Shown: positions 32,211 through 47,013, counted from the stretch's first letter. The stretch is DNA of 64,000 nt from the human T2T-CHM13v2.0 reference genome, Homo sapiens (GCF_009914755.1 NC_060925.1); one strand, 5' to 3'. Notes: a model not told the origin generated them from the sequence alone. A program made the numbers and translations.

Positions 32211-32479
32211 TTTAGAAATTCTTAAACTCTGGAAGTCATTCCAATTTGAAGCAAATATTCCTCTTTGAAAAGTATAATCTTAAGGAAGAATTTTTTAAAC
32301 ATATCTGGGGCCATCAACTACTTCTGGTAACTTTTAGTGAAGGCTTAGCTTGTTTGCCTTAAAACATTTTGTGTTTGGCGGTTTCTGCTATATTGTGTTT
32401 TTATTTAACTACATCTATTAAACTGTATATTAATTCAGAAAAGATTGTTTACTTCCATTTGTTTGATTGAAAAAGTCTG

Positions 32480-32838
32480 TGATATGGTTTGGCTCTGTGT
32501 CCCTACCCAAATCTCATCTTGAATTGTACTCCCATAATTCCCACGTGTTGTGGGAGGGACCCGGTAGGAGATAATCTGAATCATGGGGATGGGGGTGGTT
32601 TCCCCTATACTGTTCTCGTGGTAGTGAATAAGTCTCATGAGATCTGATGGTTTTATCAGGGGTTTCTGCTTTTGAATCTTCCTCATTTTTTCTTGCCACC
32701 ACCATGTAAGAAGTGCCTTTCACCTCCCGCCATGATTCTGAAGCCTCCCCCGCCATGTGGAACTGTAAGTCCAATTAAACCTCTTTTCCTTCCCAGTCTC
32801 AGGTATTTCTTTATCAACAGTGAAAACAGACTAATGCA
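32480..32838 (+). mobile_element. THE1 (THE1A-like) solo LTR
   Basis: TGATATGGTTTGGCTCTGTGTCCC...GACTAATGCA; 5-bp TSD GTCTG (32475-32479 / 32839-32843). Confidence 0.9.
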
Positions 32839-32979
32839 GTCTGATTTATTTCATGTGTCATTTCTTGGTGAAGTATAGTTATGGGATATTAGGTAATATG
32901 AAAATAATCAAAATCATTATTTGTTTCTGTCAAGGCACCTTTCATGTAGGGAAACTAACTGAACAAGTCACATAAAAAT

Positions 32980-33276
<297 letters not shown>

Positions 33277-33810
33277 TTAAGATAAAACATCAATAGAAGA
33301 GTGGTGGGAAGTGGTGACAGGTGGGGAGAAAAAAGAAAACTGGTGAAAGTGAATATAGAGAATAGACTAAGTCAATCAGTACAAATAAAGGGGCAATATA
33401 ATTTCAATATGACCTATGAAGTAAGAACACAAATGAGGTAATACATATACAACCCTTTGAACAAAGTAAAGCACTATTACTACTATTCAATATATTTCTT
33501 CATATGTATATTGACAGTATAATTCACACTTTTTTCAACATAAAAATTATTGAGCACCAGAGCTCAAACATTAAAATGTTTATAGGGGCCAGGAAGAAAA
33601 ATAATGGGTGAAAGATACAGTCCTCTTGATCTATCTTCTATTTTCCAGTTTATAGAAATGTGGGTGATGATACATTTCAATTTCCTTTAATGCCACCATT
33701 AAAATAGAACATAAAACATTACACAAATGGAGTGATTCATGGCACAAGATACTTTGCCTTGGTTTTGAGGAGGTAATAAGAAATGACAGAGAATACAGGG
33801 AGTAAGAAAG

Positions 33811-34211
33811 GGTGATAGTTTGGATTTTTGTCCCCTCCAAATCTCATGTTGAAATGTAGTCCCCAGCATTAGAGGTGGAGCCTGGTGGGAGGTGTTTGGG
33901 TCATGGGGGAGGATCCCTCATATATGGCTTGGGGTCCTCCCCACAGTAGTGTGTTCATGCAAGATCTGGTTGTTGAAAAGAGTCAGGGACCTCTCCCTTC
34001 TCTCTCTTGCTCCCTCTCTCTCCATGTGACAAGTCTGCTCCCCCTTTGCCTTCACCATAATTGTAAGCTTCCTGAGGCCCTCAGCAGAAACAGATGCCAG
34101 CATCAAGCTTCCTGTACAATCTGAAGAAACATGAGCCAAATAAACTTCTTTTCCCTATGAATTACCTAGTCTTGGGTATTCCTTTATAGGAATGCAAAAC
34201 AGACTAACACA
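33811..34211 (+). mobile_element. MST (MSTB-like) solo LTR
   Basis: atagtttggat...ccaaatctcatgttgaaatg...gccaaataaac...gactaacaca; imperfect TSD gaaag/gaagg. Confidence 0.85.
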
Positions 34212-34214
34212 GAA

Positions 34215-34785
<571 letters not shown>

Positions 34786-35024
34786 TTTATGCTTTGCTAA
34801 GAGCTGGGCATATAAAGTTTAGAGAGATTCTAAGGAGCTTACAGTCACATGGGGAAGAGAACAAGTAAACCAACAAATACAGTGATGTGTAATAAGTTCT
34901 ATGATAATCAATGTTTGTTTTGATGATCCTTCAACACTGAAAAATTCCATATCATCTAAGAAAGATAAAATGATGTTTAGTATAATTTTCTTAGACAGCA
35001 AAATACTGTACTAATACATTTTGA

Positions 35025-35324
<300 letters not shown>

Positions 35325-36470
35325 GAAATGTAAAACAGGAATGTAAACAAAAAGAAACAGCATTTCAGGTGTCAGCAAAAAATCCAAACATCTCCTTTTT
35401 TGGACATTTCTATTAGTTTACTCTTTAAGATAATATTAATAAAAAAATTTCTGGTGATCTGGCAGGGAAAAATTGGTTAAAAAGGCTTTTTGGTTGTTGG
35501 AGGTAGTGTTCCAGGCTTTGACAACTTAGTGAGTCATAAGTGAGCTACGATAGAAACATGGTACTTTTTAGCATAATGTATAATTTGTCGAAGATGTTTT
35601 TCCTTTGAATAAAACCAAAATACCAGGGTGCAAAACATAACCCTTGAAAAGTTGAATGTAAGTCCTGTTGATTCCAATTTCTGAGGTTCCCTGGACACAT
35701 CTTTAACTCATCTAAGTTGTTGGGACAGGAAAGGTATAAGGGAGAAGAGTGTTCTAGGGAAAATGTGCTTGACAGCCAACATTTCAGTTTTTCTGAATTC
35801 AATAATTCACATGCGTTACTTTCCTGCTTTCCTTGAGATATTTCCCACCTATCTAATGCACGCACACACACACACATGAACACACACAAAAACACACACT
35901 CAACAGGATGATTAGTAGTACTAGAAACTCCTTTGACAATTTGTCTACATTTTTGTTTCTTTTTACTTAAATAACACACACACACAAACATTGTTATTCT
36001 GGAAAATACTCAAATTTTCATTGTAATTACTAATTTATGCAGGCACTAAAATTTGTTTACATATGGCCTACAAAAATATTTCAATTAATTGACAAAACAA
36101 ATTTATTGTTATGTAAATTTGTGTGTTTATATGTGGTGAGTACATTTATATAAGATTTCTAGGTTATTCAACTTGCAATATCTATATCAGCAAAAGCAGT
36201 GCTGCAGAATATGGACAATATACTGAACTAAATATTACAATGGTATTCATCATTATAGGAATCTAACTCTCATTTATTCCAGAAATACTTTCCATCAGCC
36301 AACTACAGCTAGACACTGAAAAGGTCACTGTTCTTCAAAAAGCTTCTGAGAATAAGTGAAATGTTTCAAAATTACTTCAGTATGATTGGTGCATACCATT
36401 CTGAATAGTATAATACTTCCTATGCCATACAAAGTTGGGAGCCATTTCTAGATACACAAATGTGAGCAGG

Positions 36471-36696
36471 CAGCCTAGGCACATGGTGAAACCCTGTCTC
36501 TGCCAAAAATACAAAAACTAACCCAGCCTGGTGGCACAGGCCTGTGGTCCCAGCTTCTTTGTGGAGGATGGGGTGGGAGGATCATTTGAGCCCAGGGAGG
36601 TGGAGGTTATGGTGAGCTGAGATGGCAACACTGCATTCCAGCCTGGGTGATGCAGCAAGACCCTATCTCAAAAAAAAAAAAAAAAAAAAAAAAAAG
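36471..36696 (+). mobile_element. 5'-truncated AluJ
   Basis: Begins mid left arm; 12-bp TSD aatgtgagcagg (36459-36470 / 36697-36708). Confidence 0.88.
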
Positions 36697-39600
36697 AATG
36701 TGAGCAGGGAGGGCAGTGCTTCCTAAGAGGAAGTTCTAAGTTCTAGAAAGGAGTTTGAGGGGTCTTTTTTCTTTTTAATTAAAATTTAAAATTTAAGGCA
36801 TCTTTTAAAAATAGGAACTTTTAAAAGACCATTATCTCCCCAAGAGTCATGAGCTATTTTGGTAGACCAGAGACTTTACAAAATTGTATTAGATTGCTGA
36901 GAGCTTCTCATACCTGCCTCCCAAGGTTTGAGTATTGTGGGTAATTGGTACAAAATGGCACAGTGTTATAGCTGGGTCTGTGGATGGTTGGATAAAAGTG
37001 AGAGGACTGAAGAAGTTGGAGGCTCAAAGTTTACTGCATGCCACAAAAACACATTGAGATACCATTATGTGTGAAATTATGTCCTCTCTAGTAAATTAAT
37101 GCCAAAGGAAATCTGTTGATAGGAGGGGTAACAAAATTGAAATAAAATCTGAATGAATCCACTCAAACCTAATATAATGGGTCAGTGGAACAGTGGCACA
37201 CAGGAAAAAAAACGGGATGGAATTTCCAAAAAAAGAAAAAAAAGGAGATGAGCAGGTTAAAAAAAAATAGATACATATTACCTATTATGTTCTGTGTAGG
37301 ATATACTTCAGTGAAAGCTAATTTTCCTGCAGGTTTAAAAATAAAATTGATAACTTGTCATAAATTTATTCTATAACCTCACCAAAGTTGGAAAATTATT
37401 CCTTGTTTTCATTATTTTTCTGAGTAAAAGTGCATTTTCAGAGAAAAAGGAACAAGAATAAAATGTATTTGAGAGAAAATTTTGTGAAGTAATAGTCTGT
37501 GAAGAAATAGTATATAGTTAAAATTTCAGAATGCCATGCGTATTAAGCATAGTCTATAAATCCTTATGTCCTAATTAGTTTTGTGTATTAACTTATAAAT
37601 AGTTTTGTATATTCTTGTTTCCTTTCCGTGCGTATTTCTCCTTTGTTTCCACAGATGATTTATTTCTCTGGGGAGGGAGTATGTTTACCATTCTCCAGCA
37701 GCACCTAGAGCACTGAATTGAGGAAAGCAGGTTCCTATGACTGCTGAATAACTGCCTTTATTATCCTTACATTTTGAAAAATATGTCAGCCTACAATTTC
37801 AGTAAAAACGCAAAATTAAAAATGAATATAGAAAATCATGTGCAACTTTCCCCTGACATTAAATTATCCTGTTGTGCCAAATGTAGCACAAATGGCCTTC
37901 TAACAGGGGTCCTATGCAAACAGTGGGTGATCACGGAACACATCAGCAGCAACACCAAGTCACACTGGTGATGTCAAGGACAATGTATTCTGAATTCCAT
38001 TTTGTATTTCTTATGTGATATTGTGCCAGAACACAAATATATAGATGCAGACATATACATATACATGTGCATATATATATTTTTTACAGAATTTAAATAA
38101 TTCATTCAAATAAATTATTTAAATGATTTAAAAATTCCTTTGTCAAACAGATTAATGGAACCTTGTTATTCAAAAGATAAATCATTTTATATGAAGTGGC
38201 AAAGACTTCAAGGGCTAATAAAGGTTTTATGAGAGATAAACTTTTAATGAATTAATACTTTCTCATGTGCTTATTTTCTATATACATAAACATATACACA
38301 TATGCTTATGATGATATTTATATCAACATTTCCTGTCTGATTTTTAAGGAAACAGTATTTACAATATTTAACATAAAGTGTTTGTAGAGATTTTATTTTT
38401 AGCAGCTGAAGTATAATTCACCAAAGGAGAAAGTTTAAATAATGGTGCTGTAAATGTTATTATTTGTGTAATAAGATAAAACAGACCATTTTTAAAATTT
38501 GTAATTTATATGAATCTAGTAATCATTAGTCCTGAACAATTTTACTCAGGTCATTCTCTAGGCTTAAAATTTATTCTGCACTCAAGTCTTTTTGCTACAT
38601 AGGTCTTAATCAGAAGATGTTTTGCTCTAGAAAATGATGGTGAACTAGTATTTATATAACAAGACCTTACGACCCTGGGAAAAATTTTAAGGATTTTTAT
38701 AAGGCTCAGTACACATTCTTCAGCGAAATTTTGGCATAGTTTCAATTTTAGACTCCACTGAAATTCAATTGGTTTATTTTATAATTAAAAACAAGAAAAT
38801 CATAGTAACAAAAATATATAATGTATAGCACTCTTGTTTATAATAGAAACATCCAAGAAACATGCTCTAACTTTTCTCATTACCCCAAAGGGAATTGCAT
38901 CTTTAATCACACATAGCACAACTGCTTTCTAATTTTGTTTAAAGTATTTCAGTACTTACAAAAACCAGATCAGGTTATTGTAAATCTAGAGCAAATTAGA
39001 ATCATTGGCCTCTGCTTAGCTCTATGCAAGAGTTCTATGTAAATCATAAATTTAATGGCATATTAAGACACACATCTGTTTCAGTTTTGTAGAAGTTAAT
39101 AATCTAACTTCAGAGTATTTAAACACTTCTTTCACTAACTGAAAAATTCAGGCAAAGACAGACTTCCCTCAGTATATAAGGTATAATATTTTACTTCCAA
39201 ATTTTGATAAGCTGTAAATATTCTTAAGGAAAGACAGTTTTCTAAATATTCAATCTAGTATCTATTTTTGCCCTTACATGATTTCCTCCTGTACGGAAAT
39301 AGTCAATATAAGCAAATAGGCGAGCATTATCATCTCAAATCTACACCTGCATAAAATATTTTGATTTATACATATATCAAGTTTAAAATCGTTTTGCAAC
39401 AGGGCATTGGAGAGAAAGTAAATATTGAATAATTATATGAAAATGTCAAAATTCATTCTTTTAAATATTTTTCAGATTCTTTATTTGATTACCCACAAAT
39501 TTATTTTTAAATGATAAATGATAGTCTTCTTGGGATTCAGATTATTTGAAAATAATTCACATTCTTGGGTTCCTCAAACATTTACATTTCATAGCCAGCA

Positions 39601-40712
39601 TTTTTACTCTGCTTTTCTCTAATTTTATTTTAACAAACTATAAAAATTGTTTTTATGTTATATCCATTACCTCTTACCTTGACACGTCTCCTCATATATA
39701 GCAGTAACCCAGTATTATAATGAATTATTGTGTTTCAGTTGTCATTAGATAATAAATAAGAAATTAGCTTTTCTTGCTGTGGATTCTACATTGTTTGAAC
39801 AATTAAAAATATATAGTTTGAATTGGGCTACTAATTAGGGTAGTAAGGATATTGTACTAATTAAGTTGCCGTCATTTTCGGGACAACTAAAGTTGCCCCC
39901 ATAATGAAGGGGGCACTCTTAATGCACTAATAATCCTCGTTAGTTATATTGTAGATAGGTGATTTTGGTAACCAGGACAAATGACTAAGAGTGTGGATGG
40001 TCCAGTGAAACACATTTCCATCACTAAAATAAAACCATTCGAAGAATATATTATCCAGGTGATGGTTTAGCAACTTCTTTTTAATGTACAATAACTGGAC
40101 AGGTTATTTATGTGTTTGTATTTCTAACCTAAAACAAATTTTTCCCCAAATTTTTCATTAAATATTACTTAACAAAACCTTATCATTACTGAATCCTTTC
40201 AGTGCTCCTTTGAGATATGAATGACATTTTAATATGATTCTAAATTTGGATGCTAATTTGAAAGAAAACTGATTCTTTTCTATCACAAAAGCATATGCCT
40301 ATTACATCATTGTTTGGTCTAGGATCTAAGTGATTGATTTCATACTGACCTTAAGAATGCATTGTAAAGAGTTTCAATAAGTTGAAACCTGAATGATACT
40401 ATTCTTTTATTAAGAAACTATGTTGATGGGAATTAGGTTTATAACACATTATTTTACATTGCAAACTGCTGTTCTACTTTCCAGATGCTCAGACATATTT
40501 ATTTTTATTAAAATGTGCATGACAAATAAAGGCCTTTAAAAAATAAAGCAGCAAAGTGGAGTAAAAGATCATAGTTATATTGATTAGAGAATAAAATCAT
40601 GAAAAACATTAGTAAGAGTTAATTTATAGATCAGAAGGATCAACCAAAGTCAAAGTCAAACATCTCATGTTATACAATGTTATGCTATAAAAGATTTTCA
40701 GAAATGAAACAG

Positions 40713-41018
40713 GTCCAGGAGCGATGGTCCGTGGCTGTAATCTCAGAACTTTGGGAGGACTGCTTGAACTGAGGCGTTCAAGACCAGCCTGGGCAACATA
40801 GGGAGACCCCGTCTCTAGAAAAAATAAAAAAAATTAGCCAGGTGTGGTGACACTCATTTGTGGTCACAGCTACTTGGGAGACTGAGGTGGGAAGATTGCT
40901 TGAGCCCAGAAGGTCAATGCTGCAGTGAGCCATGATTGTGCTACTACACTCCAGCCCAAGCTGGAGTGAGACACTGTCTCAAAATAAATATATAAATAAA
41001 ATAAAAATACATAAATAA
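40713..41018 (+). mobile_element. AluJ, diverged
   Basis: J-type body with an A-rich tail. Confidence 0.85.
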
Positions 41019-41518
41019 GTTTTTTTGTGTTTAAAAAATACTAAGGGATCATAGAGTATAATTACTTTATGCTGTATAATTATGAAAACTTTAATGTATG
41101 AAAACATTATAAGTGTTATACACACTTGAAACAATATGGAAACATTATAAGTGTTATATAATTGTATATTTGACTCACTTTCTAAAATGCAGAGAGGTTG
41201 TATGTGAGTTTGCTTCCTGACTCTTAAAAGCCTTTGCAAGTTTTGCCATACTACAGTGAACTATGACATGAATAATCAAAGTCATATTCGAGAGGCACTA
41301 AAAATTCAATTTGGACTATTCTGTGACATTGCTACTTGGTTATCTTTAAGGATTTAGATTTGATAGAGTTACTTCTACTGTTAACCATCTCTTTGCTTTT
41401 GTTCTGCACCTAAGCAATACATGATACTTTATCAAGAACTGCCCATTCAAAGAGTTGTAATTTTAGATTATTCTTAGTTTACCTTCAACAATTTTAAAGA
41501 AAGTTTAAATAAATTTAA

Positions 41519-41889
<371 letters not shown>

Positions 41890-44800
41890 CAGGAGGTGTT
41901 TTTTTAAACCACGTACTGTTAATGAGAAAACAAGGTTATGAGTATTTATGATGGACAAAATTACTAGAAGTTATAGACAGCTTTGTATAAAATTAGTGTT
42001 CTTTTGCTTACACTTTGTGATCTGACAGAAGCATTGATAAAAGACCTATAAGACCCAACTATATAAAATTCTCAAGATGCAGAGATTAATGAGAGTTATA
42101 GGAACAATCTATGGGAAAGAAAAACTTTGAGTTGTTTAAGACTCAGTGGAACAATAATTATGAAGAATATCGTTTTAAATTTGCTTACTTTTGAGTATCA
42201 TAATGGTAACGACATAAAAATTTCCTAAATCTTTATATACAATTATGCATATATTAATTAACACGTGTGGTGCACAGAAAAAGTCATGTTACCAGTTGAA
42301 CTAGTGGATGCTTTTTTTAAAAAGTATTAATTACCAAATGACAGCTATTAATAATTCGTGATTATATACTTCTAAATTATACCATTAAACACAATATGCC
42401 TTAATTATATTTACATTATACTTTAAACTGTCATTACTTTTGGAGACTGCATCTCTACATTTTGGATAGGGTTTGGCCTTCTTGGACAAAATTTGCTAAG
42501 CCTATAGAGCAGGGAGAATAGCTAAAACCTTACTGGCTTTGCCAAATGCTTTCATATGTTTTTGCTCTTACGGAAAATGAGTTTTGATTTCTTTTCAGCC
42601 TACATGCATGGCAAGGCAAAAATTGAAAACAAAGCTAGCAACTTTCAACAAGTTCTAGTTAAGTTTGGCATTCATATATTGCTCTGATCTGCTCTAGAGC
42701 TTTAATGTAGTTTATTTTCTAGAGTAGGAAAAACTAGTTTCAGCACCAAGCATCATCAACAAGTAATGATGAAGAAAATGGAACTGAGTTAGGTTTAGGA
42801 TATAATCTAGCTAATTTTATTTCTATTTCTGAATTAGAAATGAGAGTCATTCCACGTGTTTTTTGTTTCTTTTGAAACAATTTTGAAACAATTTTCTTTT
42901 GAAAACAAATTTTGTTTCTTTTGAAACAAAATTAGAGTTTCACAAACTCTAATCACAGGCAAAAATACGCTCCCCATAATAGATACAACCGTCCCTCCTT
43001 AATAGTTTTCTATAACTGTGTTGCTCAAACTTAATGGCAGTTTTTGGCCTACTCTCAAGCCTCAATACCTCTTCCCTTCAACCCCTGACCCTTTTAGAAG
43101 TGTCTTAGCTATAGCCATTGGCCAGAGTAGGGCAGTGAAAGTGATACTGTGTTCTATTGGCTTACACTAATCACAATATTCTGCACCTATGTCCATTTTC
43201 ATACTATTTCAGATTCTTTGTTACTCAAACTGCTGTTATTCTTATGTATATTTTAACAAGTGCCTGATCACTTCCCTATAAACAAAGATACTTAGATGAT
43301 AAATCTCAGTTTAAAAATTAGCATAACGTCTGTACCAGAAATATATGAACCCACTGAATAAAATAATCTTCAGTTTCTTAAGGTTACTAAAATTAAAAAC
43401 ATGAGTTTCTACAGTTGGAAAAAACATGTATGGTTAAAATGTTTGAAGCCCATCAATCTCTCTAACCACATAAGCTAATGAGTTCCTTCTGTTTTCTTTG
43501 AATGAAATCACCATGAGTGGTTATATGTTGATTTAACATAAAACAAATGGAAATGGGTGTTTCCTTTGTCCTTTGTAGAATTTATTTTAAAAAACAATTA
43601 GCAACTATTATGAATAAGTCAATGATTTTGCCATTACTTAAATAACAATATAGATTGAGTAATTAAATTGATTGGATTGCAGGGAATGCGTAACATACTC
43701 CAACTCTCCTTAACTTGCACACATCTGTAGATATTATTAAGCTTCTCATTTCATTTTTTTCTACCATAACACCTGTATTGTTATAAATTATGTTATGAAT
43801 TGTCAGAGAGTGCCAGGTAAATTATGTTTTTTGAATGTAGATATACTCTATGGTGTGTGCCTTTTAAGTGTTCCTTTGTAATGGCAGGTTTGTGGCTAAC
43901 AGCTTAATCTTGAATCTAGCAATATAATTAAACACTATTTCAATTCTTCTTTGTGGATATACAAAGAAGGTTGAAGTATTACCTCTAAAGAATAAAGAAA
44001 TAATTAAAAATCTTTAATATTTAAAACATTGTCTTACACAAGCAGTATTCTTAAATGTAATTTTAAAACATAGCAAGTCTATTATATTTTTAGGAGAAAA
44101 GTGTGGAACTCTTTGAACTCTATAGAATACACATCCTATTGAAATAAGATTTGAAACTTCTATGGGGCATTTTTCTAGTTTGTATAATTTTAATTCACTT
44201 TTGATAAATTCTTCCCCCTTCCAAGCATCCTCCTTTTTTGTGATATTGTCTCTTTAAGAATACAGTGAAGAGTGATTCACTTATGTCCTGAGCATCAAAG
44301 AATGTCAAATATATCATGCAGATAGATAATGGGTTTTTCCAGAGATTATTTCTGAGAGAGTTAAATAAATAAGTAAATGAGCCAACATATGGCCAGCTTA
44401 ATTCAGGCAAAAATGTCTATTGATTACTTACTAAGCTCACTAAATAAAAACTTCAGCCTAAGTTTTGCTTCCCAAAAGAAAATAGGATTAGACTGATGCA
44501 TGCACTCATTGGGGCTTTTGTGAATGGTGCCCAGATGAGTGAAAACCTTCAAAGATGAACAAAGAAGGGCTAAAATATTTTGGTAAATGCAAGTTACTAT
44601 CAGTTTGACTTATTCTCTTTTGCAATCCTGAATGAAATAATTTTATATTCCTAAGAAGATCATAAAATTACCTCTGAGGTCTGAGAATTAGATAATTCTG
44701 CCTTCTTTTCAACGACTTGAAGTAGCCTGATTTAATTTTGCTAGGTAGATCTGTTGTATGTATGTATTTTGACATATGTAAAAACTTAGGTACGTTATAA

Positions 44801-45923
44801 GGTTTTGCACCAGCTCTGCATAAGTGTACTTTATCCAGACTAGTTTATATCCTGCGTGGTTAATATTTGAATTATGTTATGTAAGAAATTCCAGATGTAA
44901 GTGTGTATGTAGTTTAAAGCACCAATGCTCTAAGTTGCTCCTTTTATCTTTTGAAATAGTGAGAATATTAAAACATCAATACATCAGGTAGAAGAAATTA
45001 GATTATCAAAGGTTCTTTTTTAATCTGAGAATTACAATGAAACCACCAAAAGAACATGTTCTAGTTATTTGGACACACGTACATTTAACCTATGATTTCC
45101 TACAAGTCAAGAACAAACTTGACCAGTAGTTGGATTGGATTTACTTTAGTACTACACCTATCTGGCTTTCTGACAAAATACTGATAGGTATTTAGGATCT
45201 TCATGTATTTTGAACAATCTGCTGTTGACATATTAATAACATTGTTTGGAATGATTCCTGAAGTATGATGCTTGCAACATTCCTGCAGCACCAAAAAGTA
45301 CCTATTGTTTCTGAAAGCAAAGCAGCTTAAGTTTTATCCTACTTTCTAGGTTTTAAATATTGGAGAATCATTTTTTTCTTGAAAAAAAGGTAAATATGCT
45401 TATTTAATTGATGGCTGCATTCATTAGTAGAATCAGTGGTTTACAAATACATCTGAAAACATAGCTGCTTCCAGCTCAGAAATTTTGCAATAAAAAAAAA
45501 TCCATGTTTGAATTTTGTGGCATGCACAGGACACTTAACTGGCTTTTAAACGTTTTTCCAGCGTGATTCGCCCTGTCCTGCTCTGTTCCTTTCAGCTTAG
45601 GTCCATCGTAGGCTCTGCCTGGCTGTTTGCTGACATTGCCAACCGAGAGGGGCAAGGAAGTGTGTTCAGAGGACAAGAGCAAAGGCAGTTTCAATGTAAG
45701 GAAATGAGGGAAACAGACCTAACAGCTCTGTGACTATACTTGAGAGTAAAGAGCCTTGTAGTCTCCTTTCCTTCCTTTGCTTATCCTGGTGAGTTTAATC
45801 AAAAACAAACAAAACGCTCTTGTGAAATATAGTCAATAAAGTCAAAGTTTAGCTGGCTCTACGTAACTACAAAGAAAAAAATCATCGCAATTTAAAAAAA
45901 TGTAACTTTCATTAACGAGCGCG

Positions 45924-45945
45924 CCGGAAATCTCAGGTATCAAAG
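45924..45945. promoter_or_regulatory. ETS-like (CCGGAAAT) and TCF/LEF-like (ATCAAAG) motifs just upstream of exon A
   Basis: CCGGAAAT at 45924-45931 and ATCAAAG at 45939-45945, at the island edge; motif matches only. Confidence 0.3.
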
Positions 45946-45964
45946 ACGCATTAACCCTGGAGCG

Positions 45965-46114
45965 TCCCCCGCGCGCCGCAGCCGGACGGAGGCAGCCGCG
46001 GCGAACAGACGTTCTTTCTCCTCCATGCAGTTACACAAAAGGAGGGCTACGGAAACTAAAAGTTTCGGGGCCTCTGGCTCGGTGCGTGGAGAAAAGAGAA
46101 AACCTGGAGACGGG
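45965..46114 (+). other. ADGRL2: Alternative first exon A (5'UTR); start approximate
   Basis: Matches the remembered LPHN2 mRNA leader; donor GGG|gtgggt at 46115-46120. Confidence 0.7.
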
Positions 46115-46278
46115 GTGGGTGAAAGACGCATCCCGGGCGCCTCTCCGAAGTCCAGGCCGGGAGCAAGCTCCTGGGCCTAGAGGGGAGGGGGCCCCGAGCC
46201 GCTGGTCATCCCCCTGCGCTCAGCCTCGGAGCGCCGCGCTTCGCGGCGCTCTCCCAAATACTCTTCACCCACTCCAGA

Positions 46279-46313
46279 AATAAAATAAATGTTTTTAAAG
46301 TGCATGTGTGTGG
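46279..46313 (+). terminator. Candidate intronic polyadenylation site
   Basis: Overlapping AATAAA hexamers (46279-46284, 46284-46289), CA at 46303-46304, GU-rich TGTGTGTGG at 46305-46313. Confidence 0.35.
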
Positions 46314-46474
46314 ACAGGATGGAGAGCGCGCGCCGGCGGAGCGCGCGGAGGACCCAGCGCGCAGTGAGTGGAGTTTGGGGGTGGGCTAGGGGTTAGCGGT
46401 TGAATGGGTGTGTTAATGGGGGGAGCTGGAGGCAGAGCTCGGGGACCTGGGGGTAGGGGGAGCGCGAACCGACT

Positions 46475-46497
46475 GGGAGGGGAGAGAAGGGGAGGGG
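46475..46497 (+). other. Canonical G-quadruplex motif
   Basis: GGG-A-GGGG-AGAGAA-GGGG-A-GGGG; more G-runs at 46377-46460. Confidence 0.6.
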
Positions 46498-46670
46498 CGC
46501 GAGCTGGCGCAGGCCGCCTCCGGGGCGCGTTCCACGGCCGTGCGCGCGCGTCCCTCGCCGCCACCGCCGCCCGGACAGCCCTGCGGCCGCCCCGCCGGCG
46601 GAGCCGGGGCCGGCCTGGTCCTCGGGCGGCTGCTTGGCCACCGCCACCGCCGTCCGAAGGGCTCGAGCCC
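46490..46670 (+). other. ADGRL2: Alternative first exon B (5'UTR); start approximate
   Basis: GC-rich segment, ATG-free from 46419 to 46670, ending at donor CCC|gtaagt (46671-46676). Confidence 0.65.
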
Positions 46671-47013
46671 GTAAGTATCCCCTTTCGCTCCTCCTCCCCG
46701 CCGCTTGGGCGCACAGCCGCAGCAGCTGCTCAAATGGAGTGGAAAACGGCCATTGGGCGACAATGAGTTATAGATTATCTGCTCCACGTTTTGTACTTAG
46801 CTGCCTGTAATCTTCTTTTGAGTTTGCCCGAGCCCCTTGCTGGAAAACTCAGGAGGGAGAGATTTGTCCTTTGACGCTGTACACGCTAGTATGTTTATAT
46901 GATTAGCCCAACTGGCGGGGAGGGCGGATTTGGGGGAAGGAGGAGGAGGAGGCTGGAGGTGACTCCAGTTCAGACCTCGCGGAGAGTCTGTGTCAGGACT
47001 TCGCATTCCCCCG

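Noticed and set aside
41102-41158. 19-bp direct repeat aaacattataagtgttata with a 19-bp spacer
   Set aside because: Only two copies; an ordinary local duplication, not an array or CRISPR-like structure.
42740-42748. REST/RE1 left half-site TTCAGCACC (similar partial matches near 20552 and 46571)
   Set aside because: The matching second half-site is absent at correct spacing.
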